From an uncultured archaeon (GTDB lineage: Archaea > Micrarchaeota > Micrarchaeia > Anstonellales > Bilamarchaeaceae), in NCBI GenBank assembly GCA_963734525.1, contig CAVTHI010000009.1, positions 3,429 through 67,428 of the forward strand: 64,000 nucleotides of DNA. Reading direction: 5' to 3'. The notes under the pieces were generated by a model, which saw nothing but the letters and a program-made list of their open reading frames with translations, had not been told where the DNA came from and searched no databases. Of this stretch, positions 1 to 10,294 are shown in pieces; positions within the stretch are counted from its first letter, which is position 1, and each line of letters starts with the position of its first letter. The translations under genes were made by a program, and so were the position numbers.

Positions 1-633
1 GACATTGAATCCTATTGGGATCTCGACGACCTAAACAAGTCACACGCATCGGAGGTCGTCATTCGACATAACACCTTTGTCGGCAACATTGCCGGTGACG
101 ACGGCGGCGCCATCTACGCCACCGGCCTCGTACGTGGCCGCTGCGAGGACAACACGGTTACAGCAAACGCTGCAGGAGCAAACGGAGGAGGGATTCGGAT
201 TTCCACAGCTTGCGATTTCGTGATTGAGCGCGGCGACATCACGGGTAATCAATCGAATAGACACATGATTGGATATCGGTGCGAACGCGACCGCAAGGAT
301 GACGAATGGAGGTTCAGTTGGAGTGTGGCGGCCGGTGGTGGAATCGCGAGCAGGACGTCGAATCTTCGACTAGTGAACGTACAGATTGCCGGCAATGTTG
401 CGCACCGATACGCTGGCGGCGGAGTGTTCTTTACCAGTACAGACGATGGCGCTCTTCCGATTTCTGTCAGCGGCTTGGGCACGGACTGGAACAAGATTCG
501 AGATTTACTCGTCCGCGACCCCGCAACAGGCAGAGCGCGGGAGCGCTTCGCCAAATTCAGGCTCGAGGTCGAGCAATGCACGATTTTCCGGCAATTGCTG
601 TGGATGGTGCGCTGGAATAACTGTCCGGCCTGA
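1..633 (+). CDS. Right-handed beta-helix (pectate-lyase-fold / PMP-like) repeat protein, C-terminal fragment; 5' end lies outside the window
   Basis: Frame +1 is open from nt 1 to TGA at 631-633. Gly-rich turn motifs recur: GDDGGAIYA, ANGGGIRIS, AAGGGIAS, AGGGVFF. Confidence 0.45.
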   Translation, partial: DIESYWDLDDLNKSHASEVVIRHNTFVGNIAGDDGGAIYATGLVRGRCEDNTVTANAAGANGGGIRISTACDFVIERGDITGNQSNRHMIGYRCERDRKDDEWRFSWSVAAGGGIASRTSNLRLVNVQIAGNVAHRYAGGGVFFTSTDDGALPISVSGLGTDWNKIRDLLVRDPATGRARERFAKFRLEVEQCTIFRQLLWMVRWNNCPA

Positions 634-731
634 TCCGCAAAACATAGGCGGCCGTTGCTCATCCCACCCGGCGGATTCAGCCGATCCAGACGTCCTGCAT
701 TCAAAGGGGGGCGGGCTTTACGTTTTGCGCC

Positions 732-2604
732 ATGCCGAAGACTCTGACGATCCAGATAGCTTTTTTCCCGCCTCTGGCCGTCCGTTTGACGACGGGAACG
801 ACGTTCAGCCGAAATGTCGCTGCGTTCTCTGCCGGCGCGACGGAGTTGTTCATCGCCGATCAGACGCGACCCGCTCCAAACAATCCTGTAGCCGACACGA
901 CCGCCTTACCGCGCGACGCTGCCGGAAAGCTGCTAAGCGACTTCCGAATACATCTCATCGTGAGCGCGCTGCCGCTGCGTTGGCTGTTGCCTTGGCCTGA
1001 AGCATTGCTTGGTCCGTCGGGCACATCGGCGATTCTCGATCAAGTAATGGTCTCGGATCTGAGAGTCAACAGTGTCGCTGGTGGATGGACAGTACGCGCG
1101 AACGTTCTGGTTGCGGACCCTAACGGGGTCGTGCTCGCACTTCCTGGCTGGGATGAGTTCGCGCTTGTTTTGCGCGAGCTATCGAGCATCGAAGTCGCAC
1201 TGGTCAACGCAAAGTTGCAGGTGCAACTTCAACTCGGTGCGCTAGGCATTCGGTTGCCCAGGTTTTTCAACGAGTACGCCACACAAGTGGCGTTCCCGAT
1301 GCCGACGTCGAGGGAAATTGGATCGTTGAAGCTGGCGTTGTGGAAGTCACAGTAGCGTGGGCCTCTACAGGCGGTGCACGAGAGCATCCACTTACGCTTA
1401 CGCTCGACGCTGACCGGGCGTTCCAGCTGTCCACCACTGGTGCGCCCAGTTTGCCAACTCCCTCCGCGAATCTAACACCGACTCTCGTGAGGCCTGCCGG
1501 GCGTCGTTATAGCGACTCAAGGTCTCACGTTTTCATTCTCTGCAGAAAGTCCGGGCCTTGTAGCTGACACCGCTGCGATTTTTTTACCCAAACGAGTGTT
1601 CGGCGGGGACTTCGTACCTCCGGATTTCCTATTTCGTGGCTTACGCATAGGACCACTCGGTTTCTCAGGCTCGGTTGATGTTACGTGGCCACTTGCGTTT
1701 GACCCGGTGCGCGGGTACTTCTACGACGTCCCTGAAAAGCCTGAAGCAAGGTTGTTTGGTATCAACGGTGGCGTCTCGTCGTTCAGCCTCGCGCTTAGAG
1801 AGCGCCGTAACCTCGTCTTCCATTATCGGTGGTCTGCGAGTGCCGTACTTTGAACAGGCGCTAGATGTAAGCGTACAAGCGTCGCCTGACGGAGATTGGC
1901 GCCTTGCATTGACATCTGTCACAGATGAAGGACTGATCCTAGCGAAGCAGGACTTGATTGCGCTCACTGTGCGGTCATTAGAGATTTCAAGGGAGGCGAA
2001 TGCAGCGGAGCTAAAACTCAGCGGTGGCATTCGGCCGCTGTTGATGTCGAATGAAGGCCTTGAGTGGCCAGAATTGGAAGTAACTGACCTTTACATCGAC
2101 AGCACGGGAAAGTTTCGCATCAAGGAAGCCTGGCTAACGCTTGGGAAGCTCGCGACTTGCGATCTTTGGGGCTTTCACTTTGAGCTTCATCGCATTGGCC
2201 TCGGTAGCCAGGAAGGGGACGACAAGCTATGGGTCGATCTTTCCGGCAGCCTTCGGTTAATGGAACAAGTGCCGGTAGGTCTAGGTGTCGAAGGCTTCCG
2301 TATAACGTGGCCGCGGACCCTTGCCGTCAACGAGTTGCCGACGGTTGAGAGGGCGCTTGCGATCGCGAACGCACTCGATGTCAAATTCGAAGGCGTTCAC
2401 CTCTTCTTTGGTGTGCCCGACGCCGTCGAGTTCGAAGGCTTGATCCGCTTCTTCAAGAATGCCCAGGCTGCGGGCTTCGCCGGCGATATGGCGCTGCGCA
2501 TACCAGCAACCGGGCTCTCCGTCGAAGCCGGTCTACTGATCGGCATGAACTTTGAACCACCGCCCTATCCGATGGCACAGCTGATGAAGGTGGGTGTACT
2601 TTGA
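732..2604 (+). pseudogene. Large hypothetical protein readable only across several frame changes (ORFs 732-1355, 1340-1567, 1596-1853, 1675-2604)
   Basis: Same-strand ORFs abut or overlap, and protein-like sequence continues from one frame into the next (for example around nt 1500). No family recognised. Confidence 0.3.
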
Positions 2605-2740
2605 AATACTTCTGAGTGAAGCTGACAATGCGCTTTGGCAGCTTGCGTGCAGTGCTTAAATTGAAGCCTGATGTGATGAGTTCAGAAACTGGGAACTCTG
2701 CCATCACTGGTATCTGGGGCGAAGTGCAAGTTGCCATCAT

Positions 2741-5122
2741 CTAAAACTGTGTACAATAAGCACAGCAGGGTGGTGGGTGAGGGAAGTTGCACAACACATG
2801 CAAGTGTCCAAGGAGATGTTGCCGTGGCCTTATTAAGGATAGCAAGTTAACCAGGGGAAGCTGTGACCGACCATCGCAGTGCCAGGTGTTCAGTATCAGC
2901 ATCTGCAGTGAGAGCTGCATCGCTTTGATTTCGTGAGGATGCACAGCAATGTAGGCCACCTGGAAATCACTTGTATCCCACATATCAGGAATTGCAGTGG
3001 AGGGGAAATTCTCTAAGTAAGCCGTGGAGTTTTGCTGCAGCGCGCGAAACCACTGAAAGGAGGCTTCTGGTAGAATGTGCTGCATATCTGCCTGTGTGGA
3101 GTTAGGTAGAAGATCCTGATCAAGTGGTTGAGGTGGGATACTGGGAGGTTGCCCAATTGGGAGGCTGCAGAGGATTGTCAGCCTGGAGGAGACTGTGCTC
3201 TTGCAGTGCTTGATGATAGAGCAGCAGAAACAGAAGGAGGAAGACTGAGCTGCTGCATTGTTGTTTGCTGCAGCCGGTGCAGCAGCAGCAGAAGGTGTTG
3301 CCAGTGCAGCAGCTGTTGGACTATCAAAGCCATGCCAGTGCTCCTCTAATTCAGTTGCCTTCCACCACAATCGAGGACGACTGTCCAGCATGGCAATCTT
3401 GAACAAGCGAGCATGTGAAATGGCAGAGATTGATGAATGGCATGCGCATTGTCAAACCATGCCTTCCAGTCGTAGATGTGGGTTACAACACTGGGCTTGG
3501 GGTTGAGTTGGGCAGCATGGCGAAAGGCATGGTTGGGGATCCACCTCACCAGATCATTCCAGAGTTATGGGAAACCCTTGTGGAAGAAGGCGCGTGCCCA
3601 GACACTGAACATTTGGTCCACATCTGCATGAGTGTGTCCTGTAGTCCAAGCAATCCAATGGTGCAGAGAGGCCACAAAGAGGAAGAGAAACAAGATCAGT
3701 GACGAAGGAGGCCGAAGGGATGGCAAGAGCCACTTGTGAAGTGGCACACACCCTGTATCATGCAGCTGAGGTAGATCTCCTCGAAACCAGTTGCGTTGCA
3801 CAAGGAAGATAGGTAGGCAAGCATGTAACATTCTTGTTCTCCTTCCAGCTGTTGTCAGCTTGGAGGTGCAGGGAACTTCAGACACGTAGGTCGGCAGTCG
3901 GAATCCGAGAGGGCGGATCTGAGTCGGTGATGCAACGGTGGAGAGGGGGTTGATTTTGCACCATGGTGCCAGTGTGGAAGAGAGAGGTACACAAACTGGC
4001 GCTTATTGCCGTTATCCATGAAGCCGGTGACAGCAATGGGAAGACGTTTGAGTCTGGCAACAGCTTTGGGGAGTAGACTTGAAGGTTGGGGAGGCAGAGG
4101 GCGTCATGCCATCCATATGAAACTGCAGCACTCGTTGGGGAAGCACGAGACCTCTGCTTGCGCTCCTCGTATCTTACGTCGGTGGCGCGAGTGAAGGTTA
4201 GTGTGTGACATCGAGAGGGCCAAGGTAGTTCGACCGGGCATTGGCAGTGGTGGCCTTGGGGCGCATGCTGGCACAGCATGATGCAGATGTCGCACTTGCA
4301 AGACTGGTGATCTATGGCAGTTTGCAGCCTCGTTGAACTCGGCTTGCGTACAGCCTGGAAGTATGCGAAGCAGGTGGTGCGAAGCGACATGGAGGTGGCA
4401 GGAGGACCACTCGTGCAGCATCTGCTCATAGACAGCACGCCATGTGAAGTATATAGGCAGGTGACGGTCACCAGTGTCCGGAAGAATATCACACATGCTG
4501 GTGAAGAAGGCAGCAAGCCAGACCATGATTGCCAGTACGCAGGGCCGAGGAGGTCTGCGGGTGGTATTGCCATGAGGTGGGGGAACTTCAGCGTGCTGAG
4601 TGCACAGCAAGTGCGAATGCTACGCCAATGCTTAGGCTTGATTCCATGCATGACACAGAACGCATGGTTGCAGACTATGATGCCGTCAATGTGTGTCTCA
4701 AGAGAGGCCACTTCACTCTGTCGGACACACGAAGATAGCACCGTCATGAGCCAATGTGTGCGTGCATCCTCGGTCGGGAAGGAGGTCCACCGAATACCAC
4801 GCGCGTACACGTGTGGCAGGGAACGCAGTGAGGCATGCAGCCTGGCAGCACTGGGATTGTCAGCCATGTCCTGCAAGATGGTTGCCATGTCCAAAAGAGA
4901 CTCAGTTTTGGGGGATGGCGTGGGCGGCTTGGTGGAAGGAGGTCGACCGCGCGTGTGCGGCAAGTGCACCGGCGCTACGGTGTGGGGAGTTGGGCAGCAA
5001 TCACAAGGGGAATGGTGTGGAAGTGAAGACAAATCTGTGTGCGCGAGGGTGGGAACGGGAGAGAGGTGGAAACCGCGTCGATGAGAATGCAGTGCGGGGA
5101 ACCAAGGGCCAGCGTCTCCCAC
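2741..5122 (-). other. Non-archaeal-looking block: staggered minus-strand ORFs (3878-5122, 3565-3885, 3346-3549, 2741-3406), possibly a eukaryote-type intron-containing or degenerate transposon-like gene
   Basis: Products are Cys/His/Ser/Pro-rich with poly-Ala/Asn/Gln runs (AAAAPAAANNNAAAQ). Coding sense hops between frames on one strand. GC is visibly lower than in the rest of the window. No domain recognised. Confidence 0.2.
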
Positions 5123-5137
5123 GAGGGGGACGTCGGC

Positions 5138-5290
5138 AACCGCTCGAAAACGAGCGTAGAAACCGCCGGAAACACGCTAAAGCTCGGCATCGAAGCTGAC
5201 GATATCGTCGCTTTGAGGGCATCAGTGAACGCATACCTCCGGGCATTCCAGGTGTTCGAGGGCATAGCAAATGAAGAGGTGCAAAAATGA
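5138..5290 (+). CDS. pcc1: KEOPS subunit Pcc1, C-terminal ~50 aa only (N-terminus missing at the ~5.13 kb discontinuity)
   Basis: NRSKTSVETAGNTLKLGIEADDIVALRASVNAYLRAFQVFEGI fits the Pcc1 signature (L.I.A.D..ALRA..NS.LR). The stop overlaps the prefoldin start (ATGA), matching the common archaeal Pcc1-PfdB arrangement. Confidence 0.55.
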   Translation, partial: NRSKTSVETAGNTLKLGIEADDIVALRASVNAYLRAFQVFEGIANEEVQK

Positions 5291-5643
5291 AAAAGGAACA
5301 GGAAGACTTGAACAGGGAACTTATCGAATACGAGAACATGGAAAAGCAGCTCGAAGTCCTGCTCATACAGAAACACCAGCTCCAGATACAGCTTAACGAG
5401 ATAAAGCACGCCCTGGACGAATTGAAGAAGGCCAAGGGCGAGGTATACCGCTCTGTCGGCTCGATACTGCTCCACACGACCAGGGAGACCGCGGAAACCG
5501 ACCTCAAGGAGAGGAACGAGCTGATAGACGTCAAGCTCAACGCGATTTCCAAGCAGGAGGAGAAGCTCCGCACGATGGTCGTCGACACCCAGAAAAGGCT
5601 GCAGGAGAGAATGAAGGGATATGCAAAAGGCGGAGCACCCTGA
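5287..5643 (+). CDS. pfdB: Prefoldin beta subunit
   Basis: 118 aa with coiled coil, beta hairpins (GEVYRSVGSILLHT) and coiled coil. QLEVLLIQKHQLQIQLNEIKHALDEL is typical of GimC beta. Confidence 0.8.
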   Translation: MKKEQEDLNRELIEYENMEKQLEVLLIQKHQLQIQLNEIKHALDELKKAKGEVYRSVGSILLHTTRETAETDLKERNELIDVKLNAISKQEEKLRTMVVDTQKRLQERMKGYAKGGAP

Positions 5644-6577
5644 GGTATTCCGCGGGTTCCTCGCAAAATACGCCAAGGGAAAGGTGGCCATAGCCACCCA
5701 CAACCGGGCGGATACCGACGCCATCGCTTCCGCATTCGCGCTAAGCAAGGCCTTGCCCGGAAGCGTGATATGCACCGACGAGGAGCCTAACGAGGGGGGG
5801 CGGATGCTGGCCGAGAGGCTCGGCATCAGGATGGTGCCCCTCGCAACGCTGGACAAGAAAGAATTCGACGGGCTCGCCGTCGTGGATACGAGCGCGTTCA
5901 CCCTGGTCCCCAACGCCAAGGGATGGAAACTGCTCCTTATTATCGACCACCACCGGAGCGACGGGCGCGACATGAAAGGCGAGTTCGAGATACTCGACCA
6001 GGATTCGCCCTCGGCATCCGAGATAATCGCAAACCTGGTTGAACCCGGGCCGGATGCGGCCTTCGCGCTCTCTGTGGGGATAATCGCGGACGCCGCGCGC
6101 TTCAAATCCGCAAGGGCCGGAACGTTCGACACCCTCGGCAGGCTCATGAAGATAGCGAAAGCCGATTACAAGGAGCTCCTGGAAATCGCCGAGCCTGACC
6201 CCAAGCCGGAAACAAAGCTGGCGATGCTCACTGCGATGAAGAGGGTGGAATTCGTATATGCCGCCGGCTACATCATAGCCACCACCGAGGTCGGCAGCAA
6301 CGAGAGCGACGCCGCCTCGCTGATTGCCGATGCGGCGGACGTCTGCTTCGTGGCGAAATGGAAGGATTTCGAGAAGGAGACGAGGATTTCAGCAAGGGCG
6401 CGGAAGAGCGTCAATGTCCCGCTGAACAAGGTCATGGCCAATGTCGCTGCGGCGCTGGGGGGCGCAGGAGGAGGCCATGCGAAAGCCTCCGGAGCCGCGC
6501 TGAAAGCCCACACTGACGAGTCGCTCAAGACGTGCGTGGAAGAGTTCGTCCGGCTGGCCGAAAGCGGCAAGCATTGA
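5621..6577 (+). CDS. DHH/DHHA1 family phosphoesterase (NrnA-like)
   Basis: Motifs HNRADTDAIAS, IIDHHRS (DHH) and a C-terminal GGGH (DHHA1); 318 aa. Confidence 0.75.
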   Translation: MQKAEHPEVFRGFLAKYAKGKVAIATHNRADTDAIASAFALSKALPGSVICTDEEPNEGGRMLAERLGIRMVPLATLDKKEFDGLAVVDTSAFTLVPNAKGWKLLLIIDHHRSDGRDMKGEFEILDQDSPSASEIIANLVEPGPDAAFALSVGIIADAARFKSARAGTFDTLGRLMKIAKADYKELLEIAEPDPKPETKLAMLTAMKRVEFVYAAGYIIATTEVGSNESDAASLIADAADVCFVAKWKDFEKETRISARARKSVNVPLNKVMANVAAALGGAGGGHAKASGAALKAHTDESLKTCVEEFVRLAESGKH

Positions 6578-6590
6578 ACATGGCCTTCTG

Positions 6591-7856
6591 CTATACGAGA
6601 ATCGTCTCTTCCCTTTTCGGGCCGACCGAAACGATTTTCACCTTGATCCCGAGCTTTTTCTCCACGTATTCGACGTATTTCCTCGCGTTTTTCGGCAGGT
6701 CCGCAAGCGACCTGCACCCGGTTATGTCTCCCTTCCAGCCCGGAAGCGTCTCGTACACCGGCACGGATGCCGCAAGGCGTGGGAGGTCGAGGGGGAAGTT
6801 CTCCGTCTTCTTGCCCCCAGCCTCGTAAGCGATGGCGACCTTGATTTCTTCGAGGCCGCTCAGCACGTCGAGCTTTGTGAGCGCGATTTCAGTCACGCCG
6901 TTTATCATGCAGGTGTAGCGGAGCACCACAAGGTCCAGCCACCCGCAGCGCCTCGGCCTGCCGGTGGTCGTCCCGAACTCGTGCCCGACCTTGCGTATCT
7001 GCTCTCCGAAGGAATCCGTGAGCTCGGTGGGAAATGGGCCCTCGCCCACGCGCGTGGTGTATGCCTTCGCTATGCCGATGACTGCGCCGATTTTCTGCGG
7101 CGGTATCCCCGTCCCGGTGCAGCCCGCGCCGGAGGTGGTGTTGGATGATGTCACGTATGGGAACGTCCCGTGGTCTATGTCGAGCAGGGCGCCCTGCGCG
7201 CCTTCGAGCAGGATGCTTTTCCCTTCAGCTATCGCGTCGTTGAGGATGAACTGCGTGTCCGCGATATGCGGCCTTATCGTTTTGGCGCTTTCCATGAGCT
7301 CGGTAACGACGGATTCCGTATCGAAATCAGGAAAGCCCAGGGCTGAAAACAGCCTCTTCTTGTGCGCGGCGATGTGCATGAGCTTCTCCCTCAGCTTCTT
7401 TTCGCTAAGGAAGAGGTCGCAGGCGCGGATCGCGTATGTCCTCGACGCCTTGTCCGAATACGCCGGGCCGATGCCTTTTTTCGTGGTGCCGATTTTTCCC
7501 GTCTGCTCGAGGCCGCCGTCCATGATTTTATGCCAGGGAAGGATGATATGCGCGTCGGAGCTGACGTATAGCTTTTTCATCGAGTAGCCCCGGGATTCAA
7601 CAGACTGGATTTCAGAGACGAGCGTTTCAGGGTTCGCGACGACGCCGTTCCCGATGACCTTGGTCTTTTCCGGGTAGAAGACGCCGGAGGGGACCAGGTG
7701 CAGCTTGAATTCCTCGTCGCCCTTCCTGACGGTGTGGCCGGCATTGTCGCCCCCGTTGAACCGGACGATATACTCGTAATCCTTGGCAAGCAGGTCCACT
7801 ATCTTGCCTTTCCCCTCGTCGCCCCACTGCAATCCCAGGATAAGCGCAACTGACAT
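6591..7856 (-). CDS. purA: Adenylosuccinate synthetase
   Basis: N-terminal LGLQWGDEGKGKIVD P-loop and GTTKKGIGPAY, TTGRPRRCGW motifs. Start set at MSVALILG (nt 7856) rather than the upstream-extended ORF. Confidence 0.95.
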   Translation of the reverse strand: MSVALILGLQWGDEGKGKIVDLLAKDYEYIVRFNGGDNAGHTVRKGDEEFKLHLVPSGVFYPEKTKVIGNGVVANPETLVSEIQSVESRGYSMKKLYVSSDAHIILPWHKIMDGGLEQTGKIGTTKKGIGPAYSDKASRTYAIRACDLFLSEKKLREKLMHIAAHKKRLFSALGFPDFDTESVVTELMESAKTIRPHIADTQFILNDAIAEGKSILLEGAQGALLDIDHGTFPYVTSSNTTSGAGCTGTGIPPQKIGAVIGIAKAYTTRVGEGPFPTELTDSFGEQIRKVGHEFGTTTGRPRRCGWLDLVVLRYTCMINGVTEIALTKLDVLSGLEEIKVAIAYEAGGKKTENFPLDLPRLAASVPVYETLPGWKGDITGCRSLADLPKNARKYVEYVEKKLGIKVKIVSVGPKREETILV

Positions 7857-7924
7857 GAGGGAGATAGGGAAAGAAGGGAATATAAGGAATTGGTGGGGCG
7901 CAGCTGCAGGCCCGGGTGAAGCGC

Positions 7925-9100
7925 TCACTTTCTCGAGAATACCGCCCAGTACGTGGGGTCCTTCTCGGCCCCCATCTGCTTGTGCTTCCACGTGTCGATA
8001 TCGGCGTGCTCGGACCCGCCCATGTAGAAGTGGTTGTAGCCTTCGGAAAAGAATTGGGAAAACAGCTTGATGAAAACGTAGGTCGGGATTGCGGACGCCC
8101 CGGTCAGCAGGCTATCTTGCCCGTTCATCGGTTCCATGGAGTCTGCCTCCCTCTGCCCGGGGGAGTATTCCCTGCCCGTCAGGTAATCGATGTCCCTCAG
8201 GGTGATGCCGGCGTACCCGGAGACGGCGCCGTTGCCGTTGGATTCGCAGATGAAAACGGAAATCGGGATCTTGCCCATCAAGCCGAGGTACGCGTCGACG
8301 GTCTTGAGCGAAAGGATGTCCGGGTGCAGCAGGCCCAGGTAATCGTGGTGGGTGGAGCCGATGAGCTTCCCGCGGGCATCCAGCATGCCGAAGTGCCTTT
8401 GGACGATGTCCCATGCGACATCGGTGTTTTTTGGCGTCAGCGGAACGAGGGAGAATCCCAGGCCGGCCCTCCGCAGGAAGTTCGTGGCGCGGTGGAAATT
8501 CCGGTTCAGCGGGGGGAAGATGATTTTCGAGCCGTCCTCGGAGAACACCTTCCGCAGGTCCACGCGCGAGTGCGAGAGGCTCTCGTCCTCTTCCGGGGCG
8601 TCCCTCAGCCACGGCTCCTCCTTCGCCGGCGTGAAGCCGAACTCCGAAACAAGGCGCACGTAATCCGGGACGCGCAGGAAGCGCACGTATATCCCGTCGA
8701 TGGGCAGCTCGGCCATCGCCAGCCGCGTGAATTCGGATATCGCCTTGAGGTCCGCAGTGAGGGGCAGGATGCTCCCGAACAGCTTGCCGTCGTTCCTGCG
8801 GTAGATGCCGAACGAGAACAGCTCGCCGAACCTCCTGTTGATGTACCCGAACGGGGCGAGTTCCGGGGGGAACACCGCTTTCTGCGTGTATGCGTTCGAA
8901 TATAATGCGATGGCGCAGCTGCTCTGGTGGAAGCGGCCGTGCTTCGCGGATTTGACGTATGGGTAGTCGATAAGGGGCAGGAAGGGCGTCAGCCCGAGCC
9001 GGTTGACGATTGCGTCATGGAGCACCATCTTGTAGCCAGTCCTCTCCGCTTGGGAAGGCGGCCCAGATTGTTTTAGATGGTGAGCGTTCATGATTATCAT
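7925..9100 (-). CDS. Hypothetical protein, possibly DUF2156 / LPG-synthase-C-like GNAT-fold acyltransferase
   Basis: 391-aa clean ORF. The NRNFHRATNFLRRAG and FYMGGSEHADIDTWKHK segments resemble DUF2156 proteins. Assignment by eye only. Confidence 0.35.
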   Translation of the reverse strand: MIIMNAHHLKQSGPPSQAERTGYKMVLHDAIVNRLGLTPFLPLIDYPYVKSAKHGRFHQSSCAIALYSNAYTQKAVFPPELAPFGYINRRFGELFSFGIYRRNDGKLFGSILPLTADLKAISEFTRLAMAELPIDGIYVRFLRVPDYVRLVSEFGFTPAKEEPWLRDAPEEDESLSHSRVDLRKVFSEDGSKIIFPPLNRNFHRATNFLRRAGLGFSLVPLTPKNTDVAWDIVQRHFGMLDARGKLIGSTHHDYLGLLHPDILSLKTVDAYLGLMGKIPISVFICESNGNGAVSGYAGITLRDIDYLTGREYSPGQREADSMEPMNGQDSLLTGASAIPTYVFIKLFSQFFSEGYNHFYMGGSEHADIDTWKHKQMGAEKDPTYWAVFSRK

Positions 9101-9265
9101 CTGTCAGGAAAGTAATATAAATCAAGCGGGGATACGGCGTATTTCCCCGAAAATGCGAATCCGGCAATAATAAATATTCAAAAGGAGGAAATAGAACAAT
9201 ACAAATGCCCAAAATGGGAAAAAAGGACGGTTTTTTGGATTCTTTGCGTCCTTGAACGATGACGG

Positions 9266-10258
9266 GTGATGCCGAAGATGCGCCACTACCCCCTTGACGA
9301 AATCGAGAGGAGGATAATATACGAGCTCGAGAGCGACTGCAAGGTCAGCGTGAACGAGCTCGGCGAGAAGCTCGGCATATCCAAGCGCATGGTCGAAACC
9401 AGGATGCACAAGCTCATCGGGAACAAGGCGATTGTCAATTTCGTCGCAATCGTCGATTTCTCCAAGCTCGGCTATGTGGACCACGAGGTGTGGGTGCAGG
9501 TCCGGCACATGCAGGCGGAGAAGAAAAGGAAGTTCCTGGATTCCCTGATATCGCACCCGCAGGTGGGCTGGGTGGCCTCGTGCGGCGGCAAGTTCGATTT
9601 CGCCTTCAGCATAATGGCCGAGGACAGCGTCACGTTCTCGGACATACTGCGGAAGCTGCTTTCCGACAATCCCGGAATCGTCCAGAACTATTCCATCAGC
9701 ATAGCAACGAAAATCCGGTCGTTCCCCCGCACCTACCTCCTCCAGAAGCCCGGCATCGAGAGGAAGGGGGCGCTCTTTTTCAGCGGGCCGCCGCAGAAGA
9801 TAAAGCTCGACAAGAAGGACATCGCCATACTGACCATCCTGGCAAGGGACGCGAAGACGCCGGCCGTGGAGATAGGCAGGAAGATTGGCATGTCGACGAA
9901 CGCGGCCAGGATGCGCGTGAAAAGGCTGGAGACGATGAAGGTCATACAGGGGTACAAGGCGATTTTCCAGCCGTCCGTGATAGGCATCCAGAATTACGAG
10001 ATACTGATAACGACCGAGGGCATAACGGCGGAGAAGGAGGCCGAGGTGGACGAGTACTGCCGGTCGAACCCGCACATCACGCTTTTCATGAGCTGCATCG
10101 GGAGGTGGGACATCAACCTCTCCGTCGATATCGACGGCCCGCAGCAGCTCCAGCAGACATTGAGCGAGATTCGCGACAGGTTCGGCCCGGTGATAAAGGA
10201 TTTCGAGTACACGCCCATCCTCTACGTGTACAAGTTCAACCTGGGCAGGTCGCAATAA
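9266..10258 (+). CDS. Lrp/AsnC family transcriptional regulator, tandem-duplicated (two HTH plus ligand-domain modules in one chain)
   Basis: Two copies of the HTH_AsnC pattern (LDEIERRIIYELESDCKVSVNELGEKLGIS; LDKKDIAILTILARDAKTPAVEIGRKIGMS), each followed by an ~80-aa RAM-like domain. Confidence 0.8.
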   Translation: MMPKMRHYPLDEIERRIIYELESDCKVSVNELGEKLGISKRMVETRMHKLIGNKAIVNFVAIVDFSKLGYVDHEVWVQVRHMQAEKKRKFLDSLISHPQVGWVASCGGKFDFAFSIMAEDSVTFSDILRKLLSDNPGIVQNYSISIATKIRSFPRTYLLQKPGIERKGALFFSGPPQKIKLDKKDIAILTILARDAKTPAVEIGRKIGMSTNAARMRVKRLETMKVIQGYKAIFQPSVIGIQNYEILITTEGITAEKEAEVDEYCRSNPHITLFMSCIGRWDINLSVDIDGPQQLQQTLSEIRDRFGPVIKDFEYTPILYVYKFNLGRSQ

Positions 10259-10294
10259 AATTGGGGGTAGGAAAAAAACGGGAATAGGGAAAAC

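Noticed and set aside
6591-7991. 466-aa version of purA with a 45-codon N-terminal extension
   Set aside because: The conserved PurA N-terminus starts at MSVALILGLQWGDEGKGK (nt 7856). The extension would overlap the upstream gene's 3' end.
9122-10255. 377-aa minus-strand ORF covering the whole Lrp/AsnC gene
   Set aside because: Its Arg/His/Leu/Pro-rich product is typical of antisense reading in high-GC DNA. The plus-strand gene has clear HTH_AsnC motifs.
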